From Thermoplasmata archaeon (GTDB lineage: Archaea > Thermoplasmatota > Thermoplasmata > Lutacidiplasmatales > UBA184), in assembly GCA_021821785.1 (NCBI GenBank), contig JAKACD010000002.1, forward strand, positions 1,629 to 65,628: 64,000 nucleotides of DNA, given 5' to 3'. The notes beneath the pieces are model-generated. The model saw only the letters and a program-made list of their open reading frames with translations, made no database searches and was not told where the DNA came from. This document shows, piece after piece, positions 29,457-38,394 of this stretch. Each line of letters begins with the position of its first letter. The stretch's first letter is position 1. Position numbers and translations under genes: made by a program.

Positions 29457-31210
29457 ACGGCGAGCGGCCGACCGAGGTCTCCCCGTTCGTCCCCGCGAGC
29501 CAGCTCGCCGCGGCGACGCGCGAGGGGTTCCGGCCGGGGCCGGACGTCCCGGGCGTCTACCTCTTCCGCTCGGCGCAGGGGGAGGTCGTCTACGTCGGAA
29601 AGGCCCGCAGTCTTCGGCGGCGCGTCCTCGACCACCTGCGGGCGCGCATCGAGAAGGACGGCACGATCCTTGCGCAGAGCGCGAGCGTCGAGTTCGTCCC
29701 GACGGAGAACGAGCGGGAAGCGCTCCTGCTGGAGGCGAGCCTCGTCAAGCAGTACCAGCCGCCGCTCAACGTCCTCCTGAAGGACGACAAGAGCTACCCG
29801 TACCTCGCGGTCACCGTCGGCGAGGAGGTCCCTCGGGTCATCCTCGTACGCCGGCCCCGCCGGCGAGCGGGGGTCCTTCTCTTCGGGCCGTACACGAGCG
29901 CCCGGGAGGCCCGCGGGGTCGAGCGTCTCCTCGGCGACCTCTTCCAGCTCCGTCGATGCGTGCGGCTCCCTCGGGAAGCCTGCCTGTACTACCATCTCAA
30001 GGTCTGCAGCGGTCCGTGCATCGGCGCGATCGGGCCGGAGGAGTACCGGTCCCGCATCGACCGGGCCGTCGATATCCTGCGCGGCAAGACCGCGCTCGTC
30101 CGACCGGCCGTCGAGGAGGAGATGCGGCGGGCGGCCGGCCGCGAGGAGTTCGAGCGGGCCGCGATGCTCCGGGACGCGCTCCAGGGGCTCGGAGCCCTGC
30201 GGGACCGGCAGTCGGTCATCGGGCGGGGCGCGGGCCGGGTCGATGTGCTCGCGCTCGCCTACCCGACGGACGCGTCGACGCTGCGGGTCGCCGTCGGGCT
30301 CGTCCGCGTCGAGGAGGGGGAGGTGCGCGGGACCGAGCCCCACCTCGTCACCATCCCACCGGACGACGTGCCCGAGCCGGCGGAGGTCCTGCGCCAGTTC
30401 CTCACCCAGTACTACGGCAACCAGTTCGAACTTCCCGGGCGCATCCTCGTCGCGGGAGCGCGGCCGGCAGGGATCGACGCGACCCTCGACGAGCTGTTCG
30501 GCTACCGCGGAATCGAGGTCGAGTTCCGCCCGTCGGGACGGTACGCGGGGATCGCGCGGCTCGCGGAGCGGCTCGCCCGGGCGACGGTCGACCAGGTCGT
30601 GCCCCGAGCGGCCCCCCGCGAGGTGCTCCGGGCCCTGCAGAGCCTGCTCACGCTCCCCACGATCCCGAACCGCATCGAGGGGATCGACATCTCGATCTTC
30701 CAGGGGGCCGAGGGCGTCGGTTCGCTCGTGGTCTTCGAGCGGGGGATCCCCCAGCGCTCGGAGTACCGCCGGTTCCGCATCCGCTCGGTCGAAGGGACGA
30801 ACGATTTTGCGATGGTCGCCGAGGTCGTCCGCCGCCGCTACCTGCGCCGCCTCGCGGAGTCGGAGATCCTGCCCGACCTGCTCCTCATCGACGGCGGGGC
30901 CGGCCAGCTCTCCGCCGCCCTCTCGAGCCTCGCGGCGCTCGGCCTCGCGGACCGGGTCCCTACGGTCGGCCTCGCGAAGCGCGAGGAGGAGCTCTACCTC
31001 CCCGACCGCGCCGAGCCGCTCAAGCCGAACCCGAACGCCCCGCCGATGCTGCTCCTGCGGGCGGTCCGCGACGAGGCGCACCGGTTCGCGGTGACGTACC
31101 ACCGGACCCGCCGACGGATGCGTCTGCGCGAAGAGTTCGCCCGCGGGCCCAAGCCCGACGGGCCCGGCCCGGCCGGGACCCTCGGGCCCGCGGGGTCTTT
31201 CGACGGGTGA
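29453..31210 (+). CDS. uvrC: Excinuclease ABC subunit C lacking the C-terminal HhH domain
   Basis: GIY-YIG (PGVYLF...YVGKA), YNVLLKDDKSYPY, UVR domain (EEFERAAMLRD), RNase H-like domain (RIEGIDIS, LLLIDGGAGQL, RDEAHRFA); ATG at 29453. Confidence 0.93.
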   Translation: MNGERPTEVSPFVPASQLAAATREGFRPGPDVPGVYLFRSAQGEVVYVGKARSLRRRVLDHLRARIEKDGTILAQSASVEFVPTENEREALLLEASLVKQYQPPLNVLLKDDKSYPYLAVTVGEEVPRVILVRRPRRRAGVLLFGPYTSAREARGVERLLGDLFQLRRCVRLPREACLYYHLKVCSGPCIGAIGPEEYRSRIDRAVDILRGKTALVRPAVEEEMRRAAGREEFERAAMLRDALQGLGALRDRQSVIGRGAGRVDVLALAYPTDASTLRVAVGLVRVEEGEVRGTEPHLVTIPPDDVPEPAEVLRQFLTQYYGNQFELPGRILVAGARPAGIDATLDELFGYRGIEVEFRPSGRYAGIARLAERLARATVDQVVPRAAPREVLRALQSLLTLPTIPNRIEGIDISIFQGAEGVGSLVVFERGIPQRSEYRRFRIRSVEGTNDFAMVAEVVRRRYLRRLAESEILPDLLLIDGGAGQLSAALSSLAALGLADRVPTVGLAKREEELYLPDRAEPLKPNPNAPPMLLLRAVRDEAHRFAVTYHRTRRRMRLREEFARGPKPDGPGPAGTLGPAGSFDG

Positions 31211-31708
31211 CCTCGATCCAGGTCATCCGGGACGTCTCGATGTCGTCCTGCCAGAGCGCGCCGATGATCCCGCCGAGGTGATGCGCCTCCTCGAACGTCG
31301 GCTGGAGGAACCCGTCGCCCGCAGTGTACGCCCCGGACATCCACGGCGCGCGCACCGGACGGAGGAGGTCGGAGCTTCGCAGCCGATCGACCGTGGCGTC
31401 GACCCCGGCCCAGACGCGGGTCGCGTAGCGCCGGAGCCCGGGCCAGTCGGTCGGGTGCCGGTCCGCCTCCTGGAACCGCTCGGGCAGCTCCCCGGTCCGG
31501 CCCGGCACGATGTAGACGAGCCAGACCTCGTGGACGTTCAGGATATGGACCAGGGTGCCGAACAGGGAGCGGTGCCGATCCCCCGGTCGGCGAACACGGC
31601 TTTCCGGGGAAGGCGCGCGATCTGGCGGTAGAAGCGATCGAAGACGGCGCGGTTGTAGTCGACGAGCTCCCGCGCTTGGTCAACGGTTCGCACCGGGGTC
31701 GTGGGCAT
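31020..31708 (-). pseudogene. DinB/YfiT family protein with a single-base frameshift near 31574 (or assembly error)
   Basis: Frame 1 from ATG 31708: MPTTPVRTVDQARELVDYNRAVFDRF...DRGIG. After restoring one C: HRSLFGTLVHILNVHEVWL...FEEAHHLGGIIGALWQ, which are the DinB His motifs. Confidence 0.75.
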
Positions 31709-31768
31709 GCACCCCCCCCCCGCGGGCCCGGACCTTAGCCCTAGCCGAACGCGGGGGGAGGGGTCGGT

Positions 31769-32527
31769 CTAGCTTCGGCTCGCCTTGCGGTCCGGCGTGC
31801 CGATGAACGGCAGGCCCTGGACCCGGCGCGCCACCTCGGCGGCGGGCAGCCGGCGCAGCTCGGTCTCGGGTTCGAGGGTCGCGACATCGAGCGCCTCGGG
31901 CGCGAACGGCGTCGGCGAGCCCTCGGCCACGGCCTGGACGGCGAGCTTGAACGCGGAGTCCTCGTTGAGGTGGTCCGGGATCTTCTCCTCGAGGAAGTCG
32001 GCGACCGCCCGGCGGTTGCGGCCGATCGCGTAAGCCCTCCAGCCGATCGTGGCGCCGCTCGGGTCGAGCTCCACGAGGCCGGGCGTCGAGCCGTGGAAGC
32101 CGCCGAGGAGCAGCGACACCGCGAACGGGCGGGTGCCGCCGAACTGGGTGTACTGCTGCAGGAGCGTGCCCAGGGCGTGCGAGAGCAGCGAGTAGGGGGC
32201 GGACTCCCCGTAGGTGATCCGGTGGCGCTGGGCCTCGACGCGCAGGAACTCCACGAGGACCCGCGAGTCCGCGATGAGGCCCGCGGTCACGCAGCCGAGC
32301 CCCGCATCGATCGCGAAGCTCTTCTCGATCGACCCGGCCTCGGCGAGCGAGCTGACCGGCAGGTTGCGGAACGCAACGAAGACGATACCGGTATCGTAGG
32401 TCACCGCGACCGCGGTGCCTCCCATCTGGATCGCCTGCAGGGCGTACTCGACCTGGAAGAGCCGTCCATCGGGGGAGAAGACGGTGCTCGCGCGGTCGTA
32501 CGCCATCTGACCCGGTTGCATCTCCAT
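31769..32527 (-). CDS. psmA: Proteasome subunit alpha (divergent)
   Basis: QMAYDRASTVFSPDGRLFQVEYA, QQYTQFGGTRPFAVSLL, DPSG. Confidence 0.92.
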   Translation of the reverse strand: MEMQPGQMAYDRASTVFSPDGRLFQVEYALQAIQMGGTAVAVTYDTGIVFVAFRNLPVSSLAEAGSIEKSFAIDAGLGCVTAGLIADSRVLVEFLRVEAQRHRITYGESAPYSLLSHALGTLLQQYTQFGGTRPFAVSLLLGGFHGSTPGLVELDPSGATIGWRAYAIGRNRRAVADFLEEKIPDHLNEDSAFKLAVQAVAEGSPTPFAPEALDVATLEPETELRRLPAAEVARRVQGLPFIGTPDRKASRS

Positions 32528-32548
32528 CGCCGTCGCTCCTCCGAAAGT

Positions 32549-32668
32549 GGGTCGGGCACACCGAGAGGGGGATTTGAGCCTGCCCCTCTTCCCTGCCTCC
32601 AGCCCACTAGGTGGCGTTCGGCCACCACGGGAACTGCGCGTCGCTCGCGGTCGTGCGCGCCGGAGCCC
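32549..32668 (-). promoter_or_regulatory. Candidate structured leader / ncRNA upstream of psmA
   Basis: Long-range stem 32656-32644 with 32567-32556, hairpin GGTGGC-CGAAC-GCCACC, T-loop-like GG-CTCAAAT-CC. Confidence 0.35.
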
Positions 32669-32723
32669 GGGGAGCGGCGCTCGGGCAACCCTTATCCGAC
32701 CGGCGCCGCCTCCCTGCGGGTCG

Positions 32724-33863
32724 ATGGACGCGAACGGGCTCCACCTACTGCCGATGGCCTCGAGCCATCGCGGGGCGCTCTCGCCCGCGTGCGTTCAGTG
32801 CACCGAGGGCCGGAAGATGGTCCTCTTCGTGACCGGCGTGTGCCGGTTCCGCTGTTTCTACTGCCCGGTCTCGCCGAACCGCAACCAGAAGGACGTCGTC
32901 TACGCGAACGAGCGTCGGGTCCGGACCGATGCGGACGTGCTGGACGAGGCGCGGGCGATCGGCGCCGCGGGCACGGGGATCACGGGCGGCGATCCGCTCG
33001 GGGTCGTCGATCGCGTGGAGCATTACGTCCGTCTCCTCAAGGCGGAGTTCGGCCCGTCGCACAACATCCACCTCTACACCCACGAGCCGAACGCCGCGAA
33101 GCTGGAGCGCCTCGCCGCCGCCGGGCTCGACGAGTTCCGCCTGCATATCCCGCACTACCTCTGGGGCTCGCTCACCGCCGACGGGAGCGCCTACCGCGCG
33201 GTGCTCGAGGCCGCGCCCCGATGGGGGATCCGGCGGGGGGTCGAGATCCCGGTGCTTCCCGAGAAGGGCGCCGAGCTCGGGCGCCTCTTGCGCGCCCTCG
33301 ATCGGATCGGCGTCGACTTCGTGAACCTGAACGAGCTCGAGTTCTCCGAGACGAACGAGGCGAAGCTGGCCGCGCGGGGCTATCGCACCGATCCCGCGAA
33401 CGGCTGGGGCGTCCGCGGAAGCCGCGCGCTCGCCGAGAAGATCGTCCGTGAGAGCCGGCTCTCCCTCCCGGTGCATTACTGCTCCTCCCGCTTCAAGGAC
33501 AGCGTGCAGCTCCGGCAGCGGCTCCTGCGCCGCGCGGAGAGGACCGCGCCGGCGTTCGCGGACCGCACGCCCGACGGGACGGTCGTCTTCGGGGTCGTGG
33601 AAGCGACCCGGGTCGCCGACCTTCCGCGGTGGGCCTCGCGCGTGGCGCGCCGGATCCGGATCGGGCCCGACGACTACCGCTTGGACGTCGCGCGTCGGCG
33701 GGTCGAGCTCGCCCCGGACGCCTTGCGGGAGGTCGCGCCGCTCTTGCCGTGGCCGGCCTTCGAGGTCGAGGTGTACCCCACGGCGGACGCGCTCGAGGTC
33801 GAGCGCGCCCCGCTCAACTCGGCGGCGCTCGCGAAGGTGGGCGCCACGGGCGGGGGCACGTAG
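32724..33863 (+). CDS. Radical SAM protein (uncharacterised archaeal family)
   Basis: CRFRCFYC motif, ITGGDP, LDEFRLH, FVNLNELEFSETN; ATG 32724 about 29 nt after CTTATC. Confidence 0.9.
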   Translation: MDANGLHLLPMASSHRGALSPACVQCTEGRKMVLFVTGVCRFRCFYCPVSPNRNQKDVVYANERRVRTDADVLDEARAIGAAGTGITGGDPLGVVDRVEHYVRLLKAEFGPSHNIHLYTHEPNAAKLERLAAAGLDEFRLHIPHYLWGSLTADGSAYRAVLEAAPRWGIRRGVEIPVLPEKGAELGRLLRALDRIGVDFVNLNELEFSETNEAKLAARGYRTDPANGWGVRGSRALAEKIVRESRLSLPVHYCSSRFKDSVQLRQRLLRRAERTAPAFADRTPDGTVVFGVVEATRVADLPRWASRVARRIRIGPDDYRLDVARRRVELAPDALREVAPLLPWPAFEVEVYPTADALEVERAPLNSAALAKVGATGGGT

Positions 33864-34042
33864 GCCTCGTCACAGGCGTGTCCTCCCCACGTCAGGTAGC
33901 GGGTATCCCCGCGTCGGTTCTTGATCGAGCAGGGTCCCCAGCCCCCGTTCTCGGCCCCGTACCACATCGGACAGTCCTGGCACTGGAGCGGACCGGCGCG
34001 CGCATCCTCGCGCGTCCCCCGGGGGGTCGCGCGCGGAGTCAG
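33674..34042 (-). CDS. Small four-Cys protein; start uncertain
   Basis: CQDCPMWYGAENGGWGPCSIKNRRGDTRYLTWGGHACDE in the tail of ORF 33674..35227. Candidate starts are CTG at 34042 (overlaps folD TGA) or an out-of-frame ATG at 34005. Confidence 0.6.
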   Translation of the reverse strand: MTPRATPRGTREDARAGPLQCQDCPMWYGAENGGWGPCSIKNRRGDTRYLTWGGHACDEAYVPPPVAPTFASAAELSGARSTSSASAVGYTSTSKAGHGKSGATSRKASGASSTRRRATSKR

Positions 34043-34932
34043 GGCCCCCCCTCCGGTCGGACTGCGCGCTCCCACGCCCGTACGCAACCGGCCATGAGGT
34101 CCGCGACCGTGACCGGTCCGACACCCCCGGGGACCGGTGTGAGGGAGCCGGCCCACCCCTCGAGGGCGGTGGCGTCCGCGTCTCCGACCGCCCGGACCCC
34201 GCCCGCCCGGTCCGGGTCGGGTACGCTGGAGAGCCCCACATCGACGATGTGCGCCCCCTCGGGCACGTTGCCCCGGTGAAGGAGGCCGGGCTGGCCGACG
34301 CACGAGAAGATCGTCCGCGCGTCCGCGAGGACCCGATCCAGGCGGCGGGTCCGCGAGTGGGCGATCGTGACCGTGGCGTGGATCCCCTCCGCCCGGCCGC
34401 CCAGGAGCAGGGCGAGCGGGAGCCCGACGGTCTCGGAGCGGCCGAGCACGACCACCCGCTCTCCCGCGAGCGGCAGACGATAGTGCTGGGCGATGTCGAC
34501 CGCGGCCCGGGCCACGGCCGGAACATGGATCGGTCGCTGGGCCACCAGGCGACCGAGGTTCAGCGGGCCGACCCCGTCCACGTCCTTCTCGGGCCGCAGC
34601 TCGGCGACGGCGGCGTAGAAGTCGAAGGGGGCCGGCAAGGGGTGTTCGAGGAGCACCGCGTGCACGGACGGGTCCCGATCGAGCGCGCGCACTCGCTCCA
34701 CGAGGTCGGTCGGCCCCGCCCCCGGGTCGAGGGCGATGTCGCGAAAGGTGATGCCGACCGCTTCCGCCGCCTTCGCCTGTCGGCGGAGGTAGAACCGGAA
34801 CGGGCTGTCGACACCCCGATGAACGCTGACGAGGGAGGGGGGAGGCGTGCCGGCGGGACGGGCCGCGATCCGCGCGCGGCTCGCCACGTTCGTGCGTTCG
34901 GCGATCGGCTGGCCGAGAAGCCGTTCGGTCAC
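34039..34932 (-). CDS. folD: Methylene-THF dehydrogenase/cyclohydrolase
   Basis: LLEHPLP, PEKDVDG, VVLGRSETVGLPLA, VDVGLS, TPVPGGVGPVTV; GTG at 34932. Confidence 0.93.
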   Translation of the reverse strand: MTERLLGQPIAERTNVASRARIAARPAGTPPPSLVSVHRGVDSPFRFYLRRQAKAAEAVGITFRDIALDPGAGPTDLVERVRALDRDPSVHAVLLEHPLPAPFDFYAAVAELRPEKDVDGVGPLNLGRLVAQRPIHVPAVARAAVDIAQHYRLPLAGERVVVLGRSETVGLPLALLLGGRAEGIHATVTIAHSRTRRLDRVLADARTIFSCVGQPGLLHRGNVPEGAHIVDVGLSSVPDPDRAGGVRAVGDADATALEGWAGSLTPVPGGVGPVTVADLMAGCVRAWERAVRPEGGP

Positions 34933-35071
34933 GAGGTCTTCCTCGCGCTGTCGAGTCCGGGACGATAGATAACGGGCCGCCCTCTTCGCGCACCGAGTGC
35001 GGCCCGGGGTCAGCCCCCACCCTCCGTAGTGGTCGGACGGAACGATGGTCACCCGGATTCCCCCGAAGTGA

Positions 35072-35077
35072 TTTATA
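35072..35077 (+). promoter_or_regulatory. TATA box for lonB (probably leaderless)
   Basis: TTTATA about 21-26 nt before the in-frame ATG at 35098. Confidence 0.55.
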
Positions 35078-35097
35078 CGAACCCCCGCTTCGTTTAC

Positions 35098-37155
35098 ATG
35101 GCAGAACGGCCCGGGGGGCTCGGACCGAACGCCGACATGGCAGAAGGAGCGGAGTCACCCTCCACCGGGGCCGAAGCGCCGCCGTCGAGCGAGCTGGACG
35201 GCTGGGCGCGGGCGCTTCCCTACACATCGAGCGCTCAGGTCGAGGTCCCGCCCCGCCTCTTGGACCAGGTCATCGGCCAGGACGACGCCGTCGAGGTCGC
35301 CCGCAAGGCCGCGACCCAGAAGCGTCACATGATCCTGATCGGCGAGCCCGGCACCGGCAAGAGCATGCTCGCCCGGGCCATGGTCGACTTCCTTCCCAAG
35401 GAGCAGCTCCAGGACATCCTGGCGTACCCGAACAGCGACGACCCGAACGAGCCGAAGATCCGGGTCGTCCCCGCGGGCAAGGGCAAGGAGATCGTCGCGG
35501 CGCAGAAGCTCGAGGCGGCCCAGAAAAAGGAGCAGCGGACGATCCTCTTCGTCATCCTGGCACTCGCGATCTTCGCCTTCACGATCTACATCGTGATCAC
35601 GACCGGTCAGCTGACGGCCCTGTTGCTCGGGCTCCTGGTCGTGTTCATCGTCTACGCGCTCGTCCGGTTCTCGGGCGGGCGGAACGACTCCTCCGCGGCC
35701 GTTGCGAAGCTCCTTGTCTCCCATTCGCCGGACGATAAGCCACCGTTCATCGACGCCACCGGGGCGCACGCCGGGGCGCTCCTCGGGGATGTCAAGCACG
35801 ACCCGTTCCAGTCGGGCGGCCTCGAGACCCCGCCGCACGAGCGCGTCGAGGTCGGCGCGATTCACAAGGCCCACAGCGGGGTCCTGTTCATCGACGAGAT
35901 CAACCTGCTCAAGATCGAGAGCCAGCACTCGCTCCTGACCGCGCTGCAGGAGCGGAAGTTCCCCATCGTCGGCCAGTCCGAGCGGTCGGCCGGCGCGATG
36001 GTCAAGACCGAGCCGGTCCCGGCCGACTTCGTCCTGGTCGCGGCCGGGAACGTCGACAGCGTCCAGACGATGCACCCGGCGCTCCGCTCGCGGATCCGGG
36101 GCTACGGCTACGAGCTCTACGTCAAGACGACGATGCCCGATACGCCCGAGAACCGGATGAAGCTCGTCCGGTTCGTGGCGCAGGAGGTCCAGAAGGACAA
36201 GAAGATCCCCCATTTCGACCTCGGTGCGATCACCGAGGTGATCCGGGAGGCCCAACGCCGCTCGGGCCGCTCGGGGCAGCTGACCCTTCGGCTGCGCGAG
36301 CTCGGCGGCCTCGTCCGCGTCGCGGGCGACATCGCGCTCTCCGAGGGGCTTTCGATCGTCCACGCCGAGCAGGTCGTCAAGGCGAAGCGGGCGAGCCGCT
36401 CGCTGGAGCAGCAGATCGCCGACCGCTACATCGAGCGCCGCAAGGAGTACCGCATGTTCTCCGTGGAGGGCGCCGCGGTGGGGGTCGTCAACGGGCTCGC
36501 CGCGATCAACGCCCAGACGGGGATGGCCGAGTTCTCCGGGATCGTCCTGCCGATCGTGGCCGAGGTCACGCCGGCCCAGACGCGGGACGGCGGGGTCGTG
36601 GTCGCGACGGGAAAGCTCGGCGAGATCGCGCGCGAGGCCGTCCAGAACGTCAGCGCGCTCATCAAGAAGTACACGGGAGAGGACATCTCCCGCTACGACA
36701 TCCACATCCAGTTCGTCGGCACCTCGGACGGGGTCGAGGGCGACAGCGCCTCGGTCTCGATCGCCACCGCGGTCATCAGCGCGCTCGAGGGGGTCCCCGT
36801 CGACCAGTCGGTCGCGATGACCGGTTCGCTCTCCGTCCGGGGCCAGGTGCTCCCCGTGGGCGGCGTGACCGCGAAGGTCGAGGCCGCCGCCGACTCGGGC
36901 ATCAAGCGCGTGCTCGTTCCCGAGGACAACCTCGATGACCTCGTCCTCGAGTCCCGCTACCGCGGCACGATCGAGGTGATCCCGGTCCGTACGCTCCGGG
37001 ACGTGCTGAAGTACGCCCTCGTCGGTCAGGGGAGCCAGAAGGAGTCCCTTCTCGAGCGGCTCAGTGCGATGGTCCGCGCGACGAGCCGCACCCCCGAAGA
37101 GGTCCCCGCTCCCGGCGCACCGGCGCCGACCTCGGGACGGCCGGCGGGTTCGTGA
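35098..37155 (+). CDS. lonB: Membrane-anchored ATP-dependent protease LonB
   Basis: GEPGTGKS, two-TM insert, [18 protein letters not shown], Ser-Lys dyad GDSAS...[10 protein letters not shown]. Confidence 0.96.
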   Translation: MAERPGGLGPNADMAEGAESPSTGAEAPPSSELDGWARALPYTSSAQVEVPPRLLDQVIGQDDAVEVARKAATQKRHMILIGEPGTGKSMLARAMVDFLPKEQLQDILAYPNSDDPNEPKIRVVPAGKGKEIVAAQKLEAAQKKEQRTILFVILALAIFAFTIYIVITTGQLTALLLGLLVVFIVYALVRFSGGRNDSSAAVAKLLVSHSPDDKPPFIDATGAHAGALLGDVKHDPFQSGGLETPPHERVEVGAIHKAHSGVLFIDEINLLKIESQHSLLTALQERKFPIVGQSERSAGAMVKTEPVPADFVLVAAGNVDSVQTMHPALRSRIRGYGYELYVKTTMPDTPENRMKLVRFVAQEVQKDKKIPHFDLGAITEVIREAQRRSGRSGQLTLRLRELGGLVRVAGDIALSEGLSIVHAEQVVKAKRASRSLEQQIADRYIERRKEYRMFSVEGAAVGVVNGLAAINAQTGMAEFSGIVLPIVAEVTPAQTRDGGVVVATGKLGEIAREAVQNVSALIKKYTGEDISRYDIHIQFVGTSDGVEGDSASVSIATAVISALEGVPVDQSVAMTGSLSVRGQVLPVGGVTAKVEAAADSGIKRVLVPEDNLDDLVLESRYRGTIEVIPVRTLRDVLKYALVGQGSQKESLLERLSAMVRATSRTPEEVPAPGAPAPTSGRPAGS

Positions 37156-37397
37156 AGGGGACGTTCCACATCCCGGTGCACCTGCCGGCCGCTACCCGGG
37201 GCGTGGGCTCAGGAGGAAGCGCGTCCGACGAGGACGAAGAGGACCGGTTCGTCAACCGTCCGTGCTACGAGTTCAATTCGATGCTCCGACCCGCGTGGAA
37301 CGACCGACGGTGCGAGCATTGCCGGCACTACCTGACCGCCCGGTGCCCGCACATCGAAGACTTTCTGGACGACGTGGAAGATTTGACCCCCGAGTGA
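37152..37397 (+). CDS. Small acidic four-Cys protein coupled to lonB
   Basis: GTGA overlap with the lonB stop; DEDEED then C-x15-CEHC-x7-C, with an acidic C-terminus. Confidence 0.7.
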   Translation: MKGTFHIPVHLPAATRGVGSGGSASDEDEEDRFVNRPCYEFNSMLRPAWNDRRCEHCRHYLTARCPHIEDFLDDVEDLTPE

Positions 37398-37409
37398 TAT
37401 CGACGGACC

Positions 37410-37949
37410 GTGCGCGGACTTCTCATCGGGCGGTTCCAGCCGTTCCATCGCGGCCATCTCGCGGTCGTGCGGGAGATCCGCGGCGCGCGTCCCGACGCGC
37501 CGCTTCTGATCGGTATCGGGAGCGCCGAGGAGTCGTACACCTGGAAGAACCCGTTCACCGCCGGTGAGCGGTTCGAGATGATCCACCGGGCGCTCGACGA
37601 AGCCGAGATCGACCGAGTCGAGATCGTCCCGATCGCCGACATCCGGCGCCACGCGCTCTGGGTCCGCTACCTCGAGGGTCTCCTGCCCCCGTTCGACCGG
37701 GTCTATACGAACAACCCGCTGACGCGGCTCCTGTTCGAGCGCGCGGGCTACGACGTCGAGAGCCCGCGCCTCGTCGACCGTCGCCGCTTCGAGGGGGTCC
37801 GGCTGCGCATGCGGATCGCCGCGGGCTCGGGATGGAAGGGGCTCGTCCCGCCGGCGGTCGCCCGGTACCTGGGGACGATCGACGCACCGGCCCGCCTGCG
37901 GGTGCTCCGCGAAGGGGAAGGCCGATCGAGCCGCGGGACGTCCCCGTGA
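37410..37949 (+). CDS. nadM: Nicotinamide-nucleotide adenylyltransferase
   Basis: IGRFQPFHRGH, IGIGSAEES...NPFTAGERFEMI, YTNNPL. Confidence 0.93.
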   Translation: MRGLLIGRFQPFHRGHLAVVREIRGARPDAPLLIGIGSAEESYTWKNPFTAGERFEMIHRALDEAEIDRVEIVPIADIRRHALWVRYLEGLLPPFDRVYTNNPLTRLLFERAGYDVESPRLVDRRRFEGVRLRMRIAAGSGWKGLVPPAVARYLGTIDAPARLRVLREGEGRSSRGTSP

Positions 37950-38168
37950 CGTCGATCGACTTGGGTCCTTGAGGGACCTCGGGTACGGCGCGCCCGTCTC
38001 GAGCCGATCCCCGAGGGGGGCGGGCCGTCGAACCATCTCGTCCGCCGGGCCCGTCGTCACGACCTAAACCGGGGCGTCTGAGCGGGCTCCCGGGCCGGTC
38101 CGGAAGGGGATCGGCCCGCTCGCCGGGCGGCAGCATTATAGGTGCTCTCCTTTCGTCCGGGTCGGCGC

Positions 38169-38241
38169 GCCACTGTAGCTCAGTCGGCAGAGCGGCTGAT
38201 TCGTAATCAGCAGGTCGGGGGTTCAAGTCCCTCCAGTGGCT
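38169..38241 (+). tRNA. tRNA-Thr (CGT), intronless, CCA not encoded
   Basis: GCCACTG/CAGTGGC acceptor, anticodon arm GCTGA-TTCGTAA-TCAGC, T arm GGGGG-TTCAAGT-CCCTC; ATTATA about 30 nt upstream. Confidence 0.97.
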
Positions 38242-38394
38242 GCTTTTCGCGTCGGTTCGGCCACCTGTCGAATCCCACGATGGGGCGGGTTCCTCGGACG
38301 ACATTCGGGGTGCGGTCCGCGGGGTCCCTTCCCTAGGGCCCGTCCCACGAGGGCCGGAGATCTGCACGACCCGTACGCGACCGGATTCCTAGCG

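Noticed and set aside
32549-32668. 5S rRNA, tRNA-Pyl, SRP or RNase P RNA as the identity of the psmA leader
   Set aside because: Length and a CCGAAC suggest 5S, but the other conserved 5S blocks are missing. CTA sits in a 3-nt loop, not a 7-nt anticodon loop. SRP and RNase P signature motifs are absent.
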